From Thermodesulfobacteriota bacterium (lineage in GTDB: Bacteria > Desulfobacterota > Desulfomonilia > UBA1062), in the NCBI GenBank assembly GCA_034716155.1, contig JAYEFR010000095.1:1-63804 (forward strand): 63,804 bases of DNA. Reading direction: 5' to 3'. A model generated the notes under the pieces. The model made no database searches. It saw only the letters and a program-made list of their open reading frames with translations, and was not told the origin of the DNA. Each line of letters begins with the position of its first letter. Position 1 is the stretch's first letter. A program made the translations under genes and the position numbers. Below, in pieces: positions 9,525-19,533 of the stretch.

Positions 9525-10727
9525 ATGCCAACGTGCAAAGTAGAGGAAGCCATAGAAGAGCTCAAGCAAGGAAAGGTGATTATCCTGGTAGATGATGAGG
9601 ATAGGGAGAATGAAGGGGATCTCACTATGGCAGCAGAGTTTATTACGAAAGATGCCATAAACTTTATGGCCGTCAATGCAAGGGGCCTTATATGCCTTGC
9701 ATTAGATACTAAGATAGCAGACAGATTAGATCTGCCCATGATGGTAAATGATAATACCAGCCGTTTCGAGACAGCCTTTACAGTCTCTGTAGAGGCGAAA
9801 CATGGTGTAACTACAGGTATTTCTGCAGCAGACAGGGCAGTTACCGTAAAGACCGCCATTGCCGAAGAGGCCAAGCCGGATGATCTTGTAAGACCAGGCC
9901 ATATATTCCCTTTAAGGGCTAAAAAAGGCGGAGTGCTGGTCAGAACAGGGCAAACAGAGGGATCAGTCGATCTTTGCAAGATGGCAGGACTACGCCCTGG
10001 CGCTGTGATTTGTGAGATCATGAATGCAGATGGGACCATGGCCAGGCGGCCTGATCTGGAAAAGTTTGCCAAGACCCATGGTCTCAAGATTTGCACCATA
10101 GCGGATATAATAGCCTACCGCATAAGGACAGAGTCATTGGTAAGACCGGTAGCAAAGGTATCCTTACCCACAAGATATGGTGAATTTGAGATGATAGGAT
10201 TTGAAAATGATCTCGACGACAGGGAGCATGTAGCCCTTGTAAAGGGTGATATTACCCCTGATGAGCCTGTTTTAGTCAGGGTCCATTCAGAATGTCTGAC
10301 AGGGGATATATTCGCATCTTATCGCTGTGATTGTGGTGAGCAGCTCCACAAGGCCATGGAGATGATAGAAGAAGAAGGTCGTGGTGTGATAGTATACATG
10401 CGTCAGGAAGGAAGAGGAATTGGGCTTTTAAACAAATTAAGGGCCTATCATCTTCAGGAAAATGGCAGAGACACAGTCGAGGCAAACGTGGAGCTCGGGT
10501 TCCCTCCTGACCTGAGGGATTATGGAATAGGCGCCCAGATATTGGTCAGTTTAGGGGTTAGAAAGATGCGTTTGATGACAAATAATCCTAAAAAAATAAA
10601 GGGGCTAGAGGGTTATGACCTTCACATAGTAGAGCGTGTGTCTATAGAAATATCTCCAAATGAAGCAAATAAAAAGTATCTCAAGACCAAGAAGGAAAAG
10701 TTGGGGCACCTACTGGAGGTGGTGTAA
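9525..10727 (+). CDS. ribBA: bifunctional DHBP synthase / GTP cyclohydrolase II
   Basis: 400 aa with [11 protein letters not shown] (RibB) and HSECLTGD...C.CG (RibA) motifs. Confidence 0.92.
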   Translation: MPTCKVEEAIEELKQGKVIILVDDEDRENEGDLTMAAEFITKDAINFMAVNARGLICLALDTKIADRLDLPMMVNDNTSRFETAFTVSVEAKHGVTTGISAADRAVTVKTAIAEEAKPDDLVRPGHIFPLRAKKGGVLVRTGQTEGSVDLCKMAGLRPGAVICEIMNADGTMARRPDLEKFAKTHGLKICTIADIIAYRIRTESLVRPVAKVSLPTRYGEFEMIGFENDLDDREHVALVKGDITPDEPVLVRVHSECLTGDIFASYRCDCGEQLHKAMEMIEEEGRGVIVYMRQEGRGIGLLNKLRAYHLQENGRDTVEANVELGFPPDLRDYGIGAQILVSLGVRKMRLMTNNPKKIKGLEGYDLHIVERVSIEISPNEANKKYLKTKKEKLGHLLEVV

Positions 10728-11204
10728 ATGACGAAGATTGTAGAAGGACGTCTTATCGGCAAGGGTAAGAAGATAGGTATAGTTGTCAGCAGATTTAACG
10801 AATTTATTACGTCCAGGCTTGTAGATGGTGCACTGGATGCGCTTTTAAGACATGGTGTAAATTCTGATGATATAACCATCTACAGGGTTCCGGGCGCATT
10901 TGAGATTCCTTCTGTGGCAAAAAAGGTTGCTTTGGGCGCTAAGGTTGATGGCGTACTATGCCTTGGCGCCGTGATCAGAGGTTCTACCCCGCATTTTGAT
11001 TATATATCTTCTGAGGTGAGTAAAGGTGTTGCAATGATTGCCCTCGATGCCCCGTGCCCTGTTGTATTTGGCGTTCTTACAACTGATACTATAGAGCAGG
11101 CGATTGAAAGGGCTGGGACAAAGGAAGGAAACAAGGGTTTCGATGCTGCCTTTGGCCTTCTTGAGATGATAGATCTATATGCAGCTATATCCGCTACTAA
11201 CTAA
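10728..11204 (+). CDS. ribH: 6,7-dimethyl-8-ribityllumazine synthase
   Basis: 158 aa with [17 protein letters not shown] and G.T.HFDY motifs. It starts directly after the ribBA stop. Confidence 0.92.
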   Translation: MTKIVEGRLIGKGKKIGIVVSRFNEFITSRLVDGALDALLRHGVNSDDITIYRVPGAFEIPSVAKKVALGAKVDGVLCLGAVIRGSTPHFDYISSEVSKGVAMIALDAPCPVVFGVLTTDTIEQAIERAGTKEGNKGFDAAFGLLEMIDLYAAISATN

Positions 11205-11217
11205 TAGCGGATGAGAA

Positions 11218-11622
11218 ATGAGACTCAGGACAAAGGCAAGAGAGGTTGCCCTTCAGTATTTATATCAAGTGGATATTACAAAGAGGCACTCAGAAGAAAT
11301 TTTGAAGGCATTTATTGCTCACTTTGTCAGAAGTCAGAATGTTATCAAATATGCTCGAGAATTGATCAACGGTGTGTTCACCAACCTTGAGAAGATAGAT
11401 GAACTAATAGATAGTGCATCCAAGAATTGGCCTGTGCGGCGTATGTCAAAAACAGATCGAAATATCTTGAGGATTGCAACCTATGAGCTCATATTCAACC
11501 CGGATACCCCCTATAGGGTTGTGATAAATGAAGGTATAGAATTGGCCAAACGTTTCGGGACACCAAAATCTTCTGCCTTTGTAAATGGAGTCTTGGACAG
11601 GATAAGGATTGAGGGGGGTTAG
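11218..11622 (+). CDS. nusB: transcription antitermination factor NusB
   Basis: 134 aa with the R.KARE.ALQ.LYQ N-terminus and the FVNGVLD C-terminal motif. Confidence 0.9.
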   Translation: MRLRTKAREVALQYLYQVDITKRHSEEILKAFIAHFVRSQNVIKYARELINGVFTNLEKIDELIDSASKNWPVRRMSKTDRNILRIATYELIFNPDTPYRVVINEGIELAKRFGTPKSSAFVNGVLDRIRIEGG

Positions 11623-11626
11623 GCTT

Positions 11627-12169
11627 ATGAAGGTCTTGGTAGACACTCGACACTTAGATGATATATCCGGCGATCTTTTAGGGTTGTGGCACTTTAGTGA
11701 TGAGAAGCCTTTAAAAGGGCTCTCTGGGCTTGTAGACTGGAGGTTGGATGCAAAGATCTCACAGTTTATGATATCCGGCAGGATAGCAGGGACCTGGGGA
11801 GAAAAGGTATTATTAGGGGCAGCACCTCCCTTATCAGGGGTAAAGATTATTATTATAATAGGTGTCGGGTCGATCTTTGAGTGCTCACCTCAACGGATAA
11901 AGGATGCTGCGGGCCTGATGATAGGAACTGCTATGAAGTTGAAGGCGAAGAGTCTTTCCATGGCACTTCCCGGGATGGGGGTCATAGGTTTAGATAGAGC
12001 AGACATAGCTGAATATTTTTTGGATGGTTTAGCACAGGTAATTGATGAAAATGCATTTATGCCCAAAATTCTCTGCTCAGAGCAAGTGGTTGATGAGGTG
12101 CTTTTGGGGATGCAGAAGACAAAGGTGGCTTTAAAGGGCCATTTTCAGATAGATATCACCCAGGTGTAA
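11627..12169 (+). CDS. conserved hypothetical protein, M17-aminopeptidase N-terminal-like domain
   Basis: I moved the start to ATG 11627 (MKVLVD), which lies behind a GAGGGGGG RBS. The pattern DLLGLWHFSDEKPLKGLSGLVDWRLDAKIS....G...GTWGEKVLL resembles stand-alone Peptidase_M17_N-like proteins. This call is from memory only. Confidence 0.45.
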   Translation: MKVLVDTRHLDDISGDLLGLWHFSDEKPLKGLSGLVDWRLDAKISQFMISGRIAGTWGEKVLLGAAPPLSGVKIIIIIGVGSIFECSPQRIKDAAGLMIGTAMKLKAKSLSMALPGMGVIGLDRADIAEYFLDGLAQVIDENAFMPKILCSEQVVDEVLLGMQKTKVALKGHFQIDITQV

Positions 12170-12171
12170 AC

Positions 12172-13542
12172 ATGAATGTACTTGTCATAGGTGCTGGTGA
12201 TGTTGGGTTTATGATATCAAGACGCCTCTCCGAAGAGGGGATGAATGTATTTGTTGTGGAAAAGGACGAGGCCAAGGCATCGAAGATATCTCAAATGTTG
12301 GACGTGAAGGTGGTCCTGGGAAGCGGTGCAAGCCTAAAGACCCTCAAGGAGGCAGGTCTAGAGCATACAGAGATGCTGATTGCAGTTGCTGATTTGGATG
12401 AAGTAAATCTCGTAGCATCCTTTATTGCTGGTGCCTTCGCCAATATACCTACTAAGATCGTAAGGATAAGGGGGCAGGAATATAATGTAGCAAAAAAGAT
12501 ATTTCAAAAGGACTATCTGGATATTGACTTTATTATAAATCCCGAGCAAGAGGCAGCGTCTACCATAGACCTTCTTCTGGAGATCCCGGGCTCTTTAGAC
12601 GTGATTCAAGTAGCAGATGGCCGAGTACAGCTAGGTGGGTTTAAGATGGGGAATGGCTCGCCTGTAGTGAATAGACCCTTAAAGGATGTTACCGCAGAGG
12701 CGGTTGGCGTAAACTTTTTGATTGCATCCATCTTAAGACATGACAAATTGTTGATCCCTAGGGGGAAGGATCACATTCTTCCAGGAGACAGGGTGTATGT
12801 AGTGCTTGATAAAGACAACAATAAAGACGTCCTTTCTTTCATGGGGCTACGGGAGAAGCCTGCCCATAATGTAATGATCTATGGGGGGAGTATTACAGGG
12901 GAGATGCTTGCCAGAAGACTCGAGAGAAAAGGAATTAATGTAAAGCTCATAGAGCCAGATGAAGGGCGTTGTATAATTTTGAGTGAAACGCTTTCCCGCA
13001 CTACAGTGCTTAACAGTCCAACAGTGGATAAAGAAATGCTCTCTAGCGAGAGGATATCTGATATGGATGCCTTTATTACTACATCTGATGATGAAGAGGC
13101 CAATATACTTTCCGCCCTTTTGGCCAAACGTATGGGTAATCCGCATGTGATTGCCCTTGTGAACAATATGGACTATGTCTCTTTGGTAAGTGACATTGGG
13201 GTTGATGCAGTAATAAACCCCAGGATTGTTGCAGTCTCCAGAATCTTACAGTTTATAAGAAAGGGTAAGATCTTTTCCATAACCAGTCTAAGCGATATTG
13301 ATGCAGAGGTGATAGAGGTTGAGGCCATGGAGACATCTGACTTGGTGGACAGGCCAATCAAAAATATTAACTGGCCCAATGGCGCTATCATAGCCGGTAT
13401 CATTAGAAGAGGTCAGGGTAGAGTTATATTCCCCTCGGGGAGTACGGTTATTGACCCTGGTGACAGGGTGGTAATATTTGCCAATAAGAGAGTTATCCCC
13501 AAGATAGAAAAGATACTTAGCGTAAAACCGGATTATTTTTAA
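12172..13542 (+). CDS. trkA: Trk potassium uptake protein TrkA
   Basis: 456 aa with two RCK N-domains (VIGAGDVG and YGGSITG Rossmann starts), each followed by a RCK_C domain. Confidence 0.9.
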   Translation: MNVLVIGAGDVGFMISRRLSEEGMNVFVVEKDEAKASKISQMLDVKVVLGSGASLKTLKEAGLEHTEMLIAVADLDEVNLVASFIAGAFANIPTKIVRIRGQEYNVAKKIFQKDYLDIDFIINPEQEAASTIDLLLEIPGSLDVIQVADGRVQLGGFKMGNGSPVVNRPLKDVTAEAVGVNFLIASILRHDKLLIPRGKDHILPGDRVYVVLDKDNNKDVLSFMGLREKPAHNVMIYGGSITGEMLARRLERKGINVKLIEPDEGRCIILSETLSRTTVLNSPTVDKEMLSSERISDMDAFITTSDDEEANILSALLAKRMGNPHVIALVNNMDYVSLVSDIGVDAVINPRIVAVSRILQFIRKGKIFSITSLSDIDAEVIEVEAMETSDLVDRPIKNINWPNGAIIAGIIRRGQGRVIFPSGSTVIDPGDRVVIFANKRVIPKIEKILSVKPDYF

Positions 13543-14984
13543 TGAATATTCGAGTTGTCCTTAATTTCGTTGGGAGGGGTCTTGTTTTTATAGGCATATT
13601 TATGTGTCTACCTGTCTTGGCCTCCCTCTATTACAAAGAAGATGACCTTTTTGCGCTCCTTACCGGTGTATTGGTCTGTACCGCCTCAGGCATTGTGCTG
13701 GTCTTTTTGTTTCATGGGGCAAAAGGTGATCTCAGGCATAGAGAAGGATTTCTATTTGTCACCCTGTCCTGGGTTGCTGCAGGGTTTATGGGTGCTATCC
13801 CGTTTAGAGTCAGTGGGTATTTCACCACCTACATGGATGCCCTGTTTGAGACCATATCCGGCTTTACAACAACAGGGGCATCTATACTTATTGATATAGA
13901 GATGCTGCCTCATGGACTGCTTTTGTGGCGATCTCTTATTCAATGGCTTGGAGGAATGGGGATTATCGTGCTTTCTATTGCTGTCCTGCCTTTTTTGGGT
14001 GTTGGAGGTATGCAGATATTTAATGCCGAGGCCCCTGGCCCAGCAGTTGACAAGCTTGCCCCAAGGATGAGTGCAACAGCAAAGCTTCTCTGGGGTACTT
14101 ATCTTGGTATAACCATGTTAGAGATAGCCCTTCTATGGGCGGGCCCCATGAATCTGTTTGATGCCACATGCCATGCCTTTACCACCATGGCAACGGGTGG
14201 CTTTTCTCCGTGTAATGCAAGTATAGGTGGCTATGGCAGTGCATACATAGATACAGTGATTACTATATTCATGCTTATAGCAGGGGCCAACTTTGCTCTG
14301 CATTATGCTGCCATCAGAGGGGATGTAGGAAGATATATAAAGAATGCGGAATTCAGGTGGTATATAGGCATCTTTATTATAGGCTGTGTTATTATAATGT
14401 GGAGCACAAGACACATTTTTTCTTCTTTAGGGGAATCTATCAGGTATGTAACCTTTCAAGTAGCATCTATCCTTACCACAACGGGTTTTGCCACGTATGA
14501 TTATGTAAAATGGCCAATAGCCCCTCAAATTATATTGTTATTGTTAATGATCGTAGGAGGTTGTGCTGGATCAACCGGAGGGGGCATGAAGGTAATGAGA
14601 ATAGTCCTCCTTATAAAGTATGCCCACAGGGAGATCCTTAAACTCGTACACCCCAATGCAGTTGTAACCATAAAGTTGGGCAGGAACCCTGTGTCTGCAG
14701 ATGTCTTAAGGGCGGTGGTTGGATTTTCAATCTTCTATATGTTGATATTTGTAGCGGCATCGGTTGCCATGGGCCTTTTAGGCCTCGATTTTGAGACATC
14801 TTTATCTTCTGTTGTTGCATGTATGAGCAATATCGGCCCTGGTCTGGCACATGTAGGGCCTGCTACAAACTATGCACAGGTTCCTTATATAGGAAAGGCG
14901 ATACTTACATTTTGTATGCTTGTAGGCAGGCTTGAAATATACACTGTCTTGGTTGTATTGAGCCCGGCATTCTGGCGTGCATAG
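13542..14984 (+). CDS. trkH: Trk potassium transporter membrane subunit TrkH
   Basis: 480 aa polytopic protein with repeated selectivity-like TTTG / TTGF motifs. Its start overlaps the trkA stop. Confidence 0.9.
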   Translation: MNIRVVLNFVGRGLVFIGIFMCLPVLASLYYKEDDLFALLTGVLVCTASGIVLVFLFHGAKGDLRHREGFLFVTLSWVAAGFMGAIPFRVSGYFTTYMDALFETISGFTTTGASILIDIEMLPHGLLLWRSLIQWLGGMGIIVLSIAVLPFLGVGGMQIFNAEAPGPAVDKLAPRMSATAKLLWGTYLGITMLEIALLWAGPMNLFDATCHAFTTMATGGFSPCNASIGGYGSAYIDTVITIFMLIAGANFALHYAAIRGDVGRYIKNAEFRWYIGIFIIGCVIIMWSTRHIFSSLGESIRYVTFQVASILTTTGFATYDYVKWPIAPQIILLLLMIVGGCAGSTGGGMKVMRIVLLIKYAHREILKLVHPNAVVTIKLGRNPVSADVLRAVVGFSIFYMLIFVAASVAMGLLGLDFETSLSSVVACMSNIGPGLAHVGPATNYAQVPYIGKAILTFCMLVGRLEIYTVLVVLSPAFWRA

Positions 14985-14987
14985 TGG

Positions 14988-15140
14988 TTTATATGAAAAA
15001 TACTTGCCCGTTGTCCGTGGTTAGTCGTCAGTGGTATATTGGAAGGTGATCATCCTATTGGGAGGTTTTACAACGGACAACGAGCAACATACTACTGACA
15101 GGTATAACTGCAACTAAACGATCGCTCAGGGCCAAATACA
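14988..15140 (+). repeat. mosaic intergenic repeat, copy 2a (same module set as copy 1)
   Basis: GTTTATATGAAAA begins 3 nt after the trkH stop. It is followed by CCGTTGTCCGTGGTTAGTCGTCAGTGGTATATTGGAAGGTGATCATCCT...TTTACAACGGACAACGAGCAACATACTACTGACAGGTATA, which is collinear with 8698-8820. Confidence 0.75.
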
Positions 15141-15443
15141 TTTTCATGCTTCGTTGTTGAGCGTGGACCCCTCACGAGGGTTTATATGAAAACGGTTATG
15201 GGCATTTGTTTGGATTTATGGTTTACCACAGAGCTCGCAGAGAAAATATTTCTCTGTTTGCCAGTGAACACTGGCAAACAGAAATCATAAACTCTCTTTA
15301 GGAATCGATATTTTTTTGATTGGATAAAAAACAAACCCTTTTGTCCTCTGTGATCTCTGTGGTAAATAAGTCTTGTTTTTTGAATCTGATTGCTATTTCC
15401 ATCCTTGGTTGTGTCCGAAAAGGACATGACGGTTTGTATGAGA
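15141..15443 (-). repeat. ~300-nt composite repeat, inverted copy A
   Basis: The reverse complement aligns along its whole length with 20545-20840. Conserved blocks include CAATCAGATTCA, TTTACCACAGAGATCACAGAGGACAAAAGGGTTTG, CTGCGAGCTCTGTGG and AAACCATAAATCCAAACAAATGCCCATAACCGTTTTCATATAAA. A TCATATAA...ACAAC.AAG.ATGAAAA module sits at both ends. Confidence 0.8.
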
Positions 15444-15474
15444 CATGCCTTTATTTTAAGGAAGGGCTTGGGCT

Positions 15475-16110
15475 TCAGGATTGAGGCTCGTTTATAGACC
15501 CCTTTCTTATTACCCTGATAATATCTTTTATTATATCATCCTCTGTAAGATCTTTTTTATAATTGTGCCATACAAAGGCACTTCTTAATATCGCCTCGTT
15601 AAACAGACCGGCGAGTATATATGGATGTGTGTCTATTACCACACCCTCATCCTGAGCGTGTTTTATTATCTGCACTAACCGTGCCTCTATTTTTTTATAT
15701 GCAGTGATATTTTCCACCATAAATGCAGACATTGCCTTTATTTGCTTCTTATTCGTATCGCTTTTATATTGAGGAGTGAATATATTTAGCAGTTCAAAGT
15801 TTTCCACATATACATCCAAGAGCCTTGAGGTTAAAGTTTCTAATTGTTCTATAGAGGGTATACTCCTTAAATCTATTTCATTACAGATTTCTTCAATCTT
15901 AGTTATTACCTCAGACACCAATGCTGTCAGGATGTCCCCTTTATTCTTGAAATGATTATAGAGGGTGCGTCTCTCAAGGCCGGAATATCCGGCAATATCC
16001 TCCATGGTAATATTAGTGAAATCCTTGCTAAAGAAGAGTTTCTTGGCAGCCTGTAATATAGTCGCCCTATTTTTCTTAATTTGACTTTTGCGTACTATTC
16101 TTTTGGGCAT
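15475..16110 (-). CDS. TetR/AcrR family transcriptional regulator
   Basis: 211 aa with an N-terminal HTH (FTNITMEDIAGYSGLERRTLYNHFKNKGDIL) typical of TetR_N. Confidence 0.85.
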   Translation of the reverse strand: MPKRIVRKSQIKKNRATILQAAKKLFFSKDFTNITMEDIAGYSGLERRTLYNHFKNKGDILTALVSEVITKIEEICNEIDLRSIPSIEQLETLTSRLLDVYVENFELLNIFTPQYKSDTNKKQIKAMSAFMVENITAYKKIEARLVQIIKHAQDEGVVIDTHPYILAGLFNEAILRSAFVWHNYKKDLTEDDIIKDIIRVIRKGSINEPQS

Positions 16111-16169
16111 GGTGCGAATTTTCTCTCACATTATATGCTATTTTGCAATTCAAAAGTCTTTTTCATACC

Positions 16170-16184
16170 TAACTAACTTAGTTA
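16170..16184. promoter_or_regulatory. candidate TetR operator (perfect 15-nt palindrome)
   Basis: TAACTAAcTTAGTTA lies in the divergent spacer between the TetR gene and the transporter remnant. Confidence 0.3.
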
Positions 16185-16348
16185 ACCTGGAGGAATGCAT
16201 ATTTGACAACATATCTACTCTGCTATATAGGGGGCAGACAGATTCGTGATGAATGGGTGGATTCTTTTACCAAAGAATTTTGACTCTTTGCGAGACTGCC
16301 ATGATTGATGTTTAAAAAATGGGTGTTGTAAATTAAAGGAGGAATATA

Positions 16349-16792
16349 ATGTATGCAGCCACCAAGCTTTCCTTCAAAGCCAAATTAGGCTTCGGCACTG
16401 CTGAACTGGCAAGCTCGCTTACCTGGACTATGTTTTATGTGTTGTTTCTCTTTTTTCTGACCGATGAGTTCAAGTCCGGCCAGCGCCGCGAGGGCCTCTA
16501 TTTCGGGGTCATTTCGTTTTCGCGCAAGATTTCGGTTGCCATAGCCGTATGGCTGGTAGGTATTATTCTTTCCTGGATCGGCTATGTCCCTGATGCACAA
16601 CAGATAGACACCGCGATCTTCGGCATCAGGATGCTCTATGCCGAGGTGACAGCGCTATTCCTGTTTGTCAGCATCATTATGGCTTACCTGCTTCCTATGA
16701 CAAAGGCCAAACATCAGGCCCTCAGAGAGGCGATCGAGCTTAAAAAAGCCGGCAAGCCGTGGGATGAGGAAACAATTAAAGATATTTTATAA
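16349..16792 (+). pseudogene. internally deleted GPH-family (MelB/YicJ-like) sugar:cation symporter remnant
   Basis: The 147-aa ORF joins a GPH-type N-terminus (LSFKAKLGFGTAELASSLTWTMFYVLFLFFLTDEF, about TM1) directly to a GPH-type C-terminus (EGLYFGVISFSRKISVAIAVWLVGIILSWIGYVPDAQQ...). Roughly 300 aa (TM2-10) are missing. Hand counts on two 60-nt lines give about 52-55 % GC, against about 36-42 % in the neighbours. Confidence 0.6.
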
Positions 16793-16848
16793 TCTTTGGA
16801 ATATATTCGGCAATTTCTATAGTGAATGGGATTTAATTATTTTAGGAG

Positions 16849-18165
16849 GTGTATATAAAGACTAAGGTTAAGGTTATTTTGACAGCCTCAAGGAAAGGTG
16901 AGCCGACATGGCCATATATAGATTATGACTATGAAAAAAGAGGCGGGGATATATTATTTAAATTAGAAGAGAATTTTCCTGATATAGCATTTTCAAAGGC
17001 CATTTTCCATTCAATTGAGGAAGCAAAAGAAACGCTTGAGGCAGAAGATGTAGATGGCTATCTAATCTTCTTGACCACATTATGGACAGGAATTCCTGAA
17101 TTTATGGCCCTAAATTATCATCCGGTTATTATTGCTGATGACCTTTATTCAGGATCTGGAGACTTTCTTAGTGTGCATTCTTTAGTTAAGAGAGAAAAAC
17201 TTCCTGTTGCTTTAATTGCCTCTTCTAATTTTGAAGATATAATAGATAGGGTAAAGTTGTTTCCTGTTATGAAGGAGATGAAGGGCTCGCGTATTTTAGC
17301 AATTTATGATGAAAAATCATTTTTCACGTGTGATGAAATAATAGATAATGCAAAGCAGATTTTCGGGATAGAAGTGCTACGAATGAAGTCTGAGGAGGTA
17401 ATCTCTTATTATAATGAAATTGATGTAAATAAGGCTGAGAAGATTAAAACAAGATGGATAAAGGAAGCAATGAGGGTAGTTGAGCCAAGTGAAGATGAAA
17501 TTTTGAAGTCAGCAAAATTGTATTTAGCTATCAAAGAAGCTATGAGTGACAAGAATGCCGATGCGGTTACGGTTGATTGTCTCCCGTTGTGTTATGAGAA
17601 CAAGTTGCCGGCCTATCCCTGTCTGTGTTTTTTTCAATTGAACAATGATGGCATACCCGGGGTTTGTGAGGCCGATATAGATTCAGCAACAACTCAATTA
17701 TTAATACGATATTTAACTGGTAGGCCTGGTTATATTTCAGATCCTGTTATTGATATTGCTAAGGATCAAATTATTTATGCTCATTGTGTTGCGACAAACA
17801 GGGTTTATGGTCCAGATGGGCCTTCTAATCCCTATATTATTCGTTCACATGCCGAGGACCGCAAAGGAGCATCTGTCCAATCGCTTATGCCATTAGGAGA
17901 AATAACAACAACAATAAAGGTGAGTCTCCTAAATAAGGCCTTTGCCATACATCAGGGAAAAACAATAGCAAATGTAGATGAAGACAGGGCCTGTAGGACT
18001 AAATTAGCAGTAGAGGCTGATACAAAAAAGATTCTCGCCAACTATCATTTTGACTTATTTATTTGGCATTTAGTAACCGGTTATGGAGATTATAGACAAC
18101 AATTTATTGATTTAGCCACCCTGTATGGGCTTGAGGTATTTGAGCAGGACAAACAAGTGATTTAA
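16849..18165 (+). CDS. L-fucose/L-arabinose isomerase-like family protein
   Basis: 438 aa with ADAVTVDCL and GVCEADIDSATTQLL motifs that resemble the FucI/AraA-like (COG2407) metal-site region. The start is uncertain because the GTG at 16849 overlaps the AGGAGG; a TTG at 16879 is an alternative. Confidence 0.5.
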   Translation: MYIKTKVKVILTASRKGEPTWPYIDYDYEKRGGDILFKLEENFPDIAFSKAIFHSIEEAKETLEAEDVDGYLIFLTTLWTGIPEFMALNYHPVIIADDLYSGSGDFLSVHSLVKREKLPVALIASSNFEDIIDRVKLFPVMKEMKGSRILAIYDEKSFFTCDEIIDNAKQIFGIEVLRMKSEEVISYYNEIDVNKAEKIKTRWIKEAMRVVEPSEDEILKSAKLYLAIKEAMSDKNADAVTVDCLPLCYENKLPAYPCLCFFQLNNDGIPGVCEADIDSATTQLLIRYLTGRPGYISDPVIDIAKDQIIYAHCVATNRVYGPDGPSNPYIIRSHAEDRKGASVQSLMPLGEITTTIKVSLLNKAFAIHQGKTIANVDEDRACRTKLAVEADTKKILANYHFDLFIWHLVTGYGDYRQQFIDLATLYGLEVFEQDKQVI

Positions 18166-18395
18166 TTAATTGGTCAAGTATGTAGGAAGACACCATTTTA
18201 TCCTGACCCCGCGTCATTGCCAAATCACGGGCATGCAGCTTTGCGCCAAGGCCTTTACGAAAATTGCCAGAATGCCCCGCCAGGGAGGGGAGGTTTGGTT
18301 AAAATTTTTTCATAGATACATTTTTTTGCACGATTTAATCTGAATAAAATCTACCCTGATCAGACCCTCCGGGTCCATTCTCCCCGAGAAGCCCC

Positions 18396-19415
18396 TTACT
18401 CGAAAGCTATATCTCCCTTGGGCCTGCCCCAGCGTTTGTGTGCCCAAAACCACTGATCAGGATAAAGCCGGATGTATTTTTCTATCAGATCAAGAAAGAT
18501 TTTTACGTAGTAGGTGTAGGTTTCCTCTTTATCTTGAAGAGGTGTTACCTCGATAGGGTCTTCTATGTGCAGGCGATAATTCCGACCCTCCTGAGTCAGG
18601 AATGCTCCAACCACCGGGACATGCCCGCTCATGGCAATGTTAACCGGGAAATACGGAGTAAAGGCCGGGTGCCCCATAAACTCGGCGATAATACCTTTGG
18701 TGTGGCTGAGATTTCGGTCGAATATAAAGGCTACCATCTCCCCGCGGGCTATTATATCACTTATCAACTGGGTACTTGATGAACTGTCGTATATCGTCCC
18801 GACACCATAACGGTTCCTGCACTCCACCACGTAACGATCAAAATCTTTCTGGTTCCGTGCGATCAGGCTGATTTTGCCGAATCTCCTGAGATACCCGCAG
18901 AGCAGTTCACAGTTCCCAAGATGGGCGGTAAGAATAAGGGCTCCTTTCCCTTTACCGGCGATTGACCTGATCTTTTTCTCACAGGCGGGATCAACAAGCA
19001 CCTTGAATTCAGAGGATTCCTTTCGGTAGGAAAAGTAATAAAAATCCATCATACACGTTAATATACTCTTAAGAGATTCCCGACAAATACGGGTCTTTTC
19101 TCTTCTGGGAATAGTGTTAGCAAAGACGAGATCGAGGTTGTTCAGCCCCTTCTGGCGGCTCGATGGAATCAAGTTATACCATAGGGAGCCCACACCTCTT
19201 GCAAGGTCCAGTAGAACTCCACGGGGCATGCGGCGCCATATAGCAAGCGCGGGAGGGGTCAGCACTTCACCAACCGACCATAGAATATTTCGCAGGCTTT
19301 TCCTAAGGCGGCGTTTAAAAGGGCGGTTGTTAGTAATACTTAATTTTGAAGGAGCGATATTCCTTTTCTCCTTTACAGTGATTTTTACTATCCTCCCGAT
19401 TCTGCTTGCCCACAT
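18396..19415 (-). CDS. lysophospholipid / lipid A (LpxL/HtrB-family) acyltransferase
   Basis: 339 aa with the HX4(D/E) motif in LILTAHLGNCEL and a C-terminal YPDQWFWAHKRW motif typical of the LpxL family. The gene looks GC-richer than its surroundings. Confidence 0.7.
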   Translation of the reverse strand: MWASRIGRIVKITVKEKRNIAPSKLSITNNRPFKRRLRKSLRNILWSVGEVLTPPALAIWRRMPRGVLLDLARGVGSLWYNLIPSSRQKGLNNLDLVFANTIPRREKTRICRESLKSILTCMMDFYYFSYRKESSEFKVLVDPACEKKIRSIAGKGKGALILTAHLGNCELLCGYLRRFGKISLIARNQKDFDRYVVECRNRYGVGTIYDSSSSTQLISDIIARGEMVAFIFDRNLSHTKGIIAEFMGHPAFTPYFPVNIAMSGHVPVVGAFLTQEGRNYRLHIEDPIEVTPLQDKEETYTYYVKIFLDLIEKYIRLYPDQWFWAHKRWGRPKGDIAFE

Positions 19416-19533
19416 TTTACCTGTGTTTAGGCTATGAAGGTCGCAGATCTGAATCCTGCCGGGGGCACTTGGAAGACCTGGATCTTATGTCCCTTGGTTT
19501 CTTCTTCTCCTTGTGATGTCAGATATTTTAACC

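Noticed and set aside
15182-15427. 81-aa ORF inside repeat copy A. It shares a C-terminal peptide (IFSASS..VVNHKSKQMP.T.FI) with the 61-aa ORF at 58983-59168.
   Set aside because: The third copy (20545-20840) has a 1-nt indel that breaks the frame after about 35 codons. The conserved 'peptide' coincides with the most conserved nucleotide block and the terminal TTTTCATATAA motif. There is no RBS. I interpret this as nucleotide-level rather than protein-level conservation.
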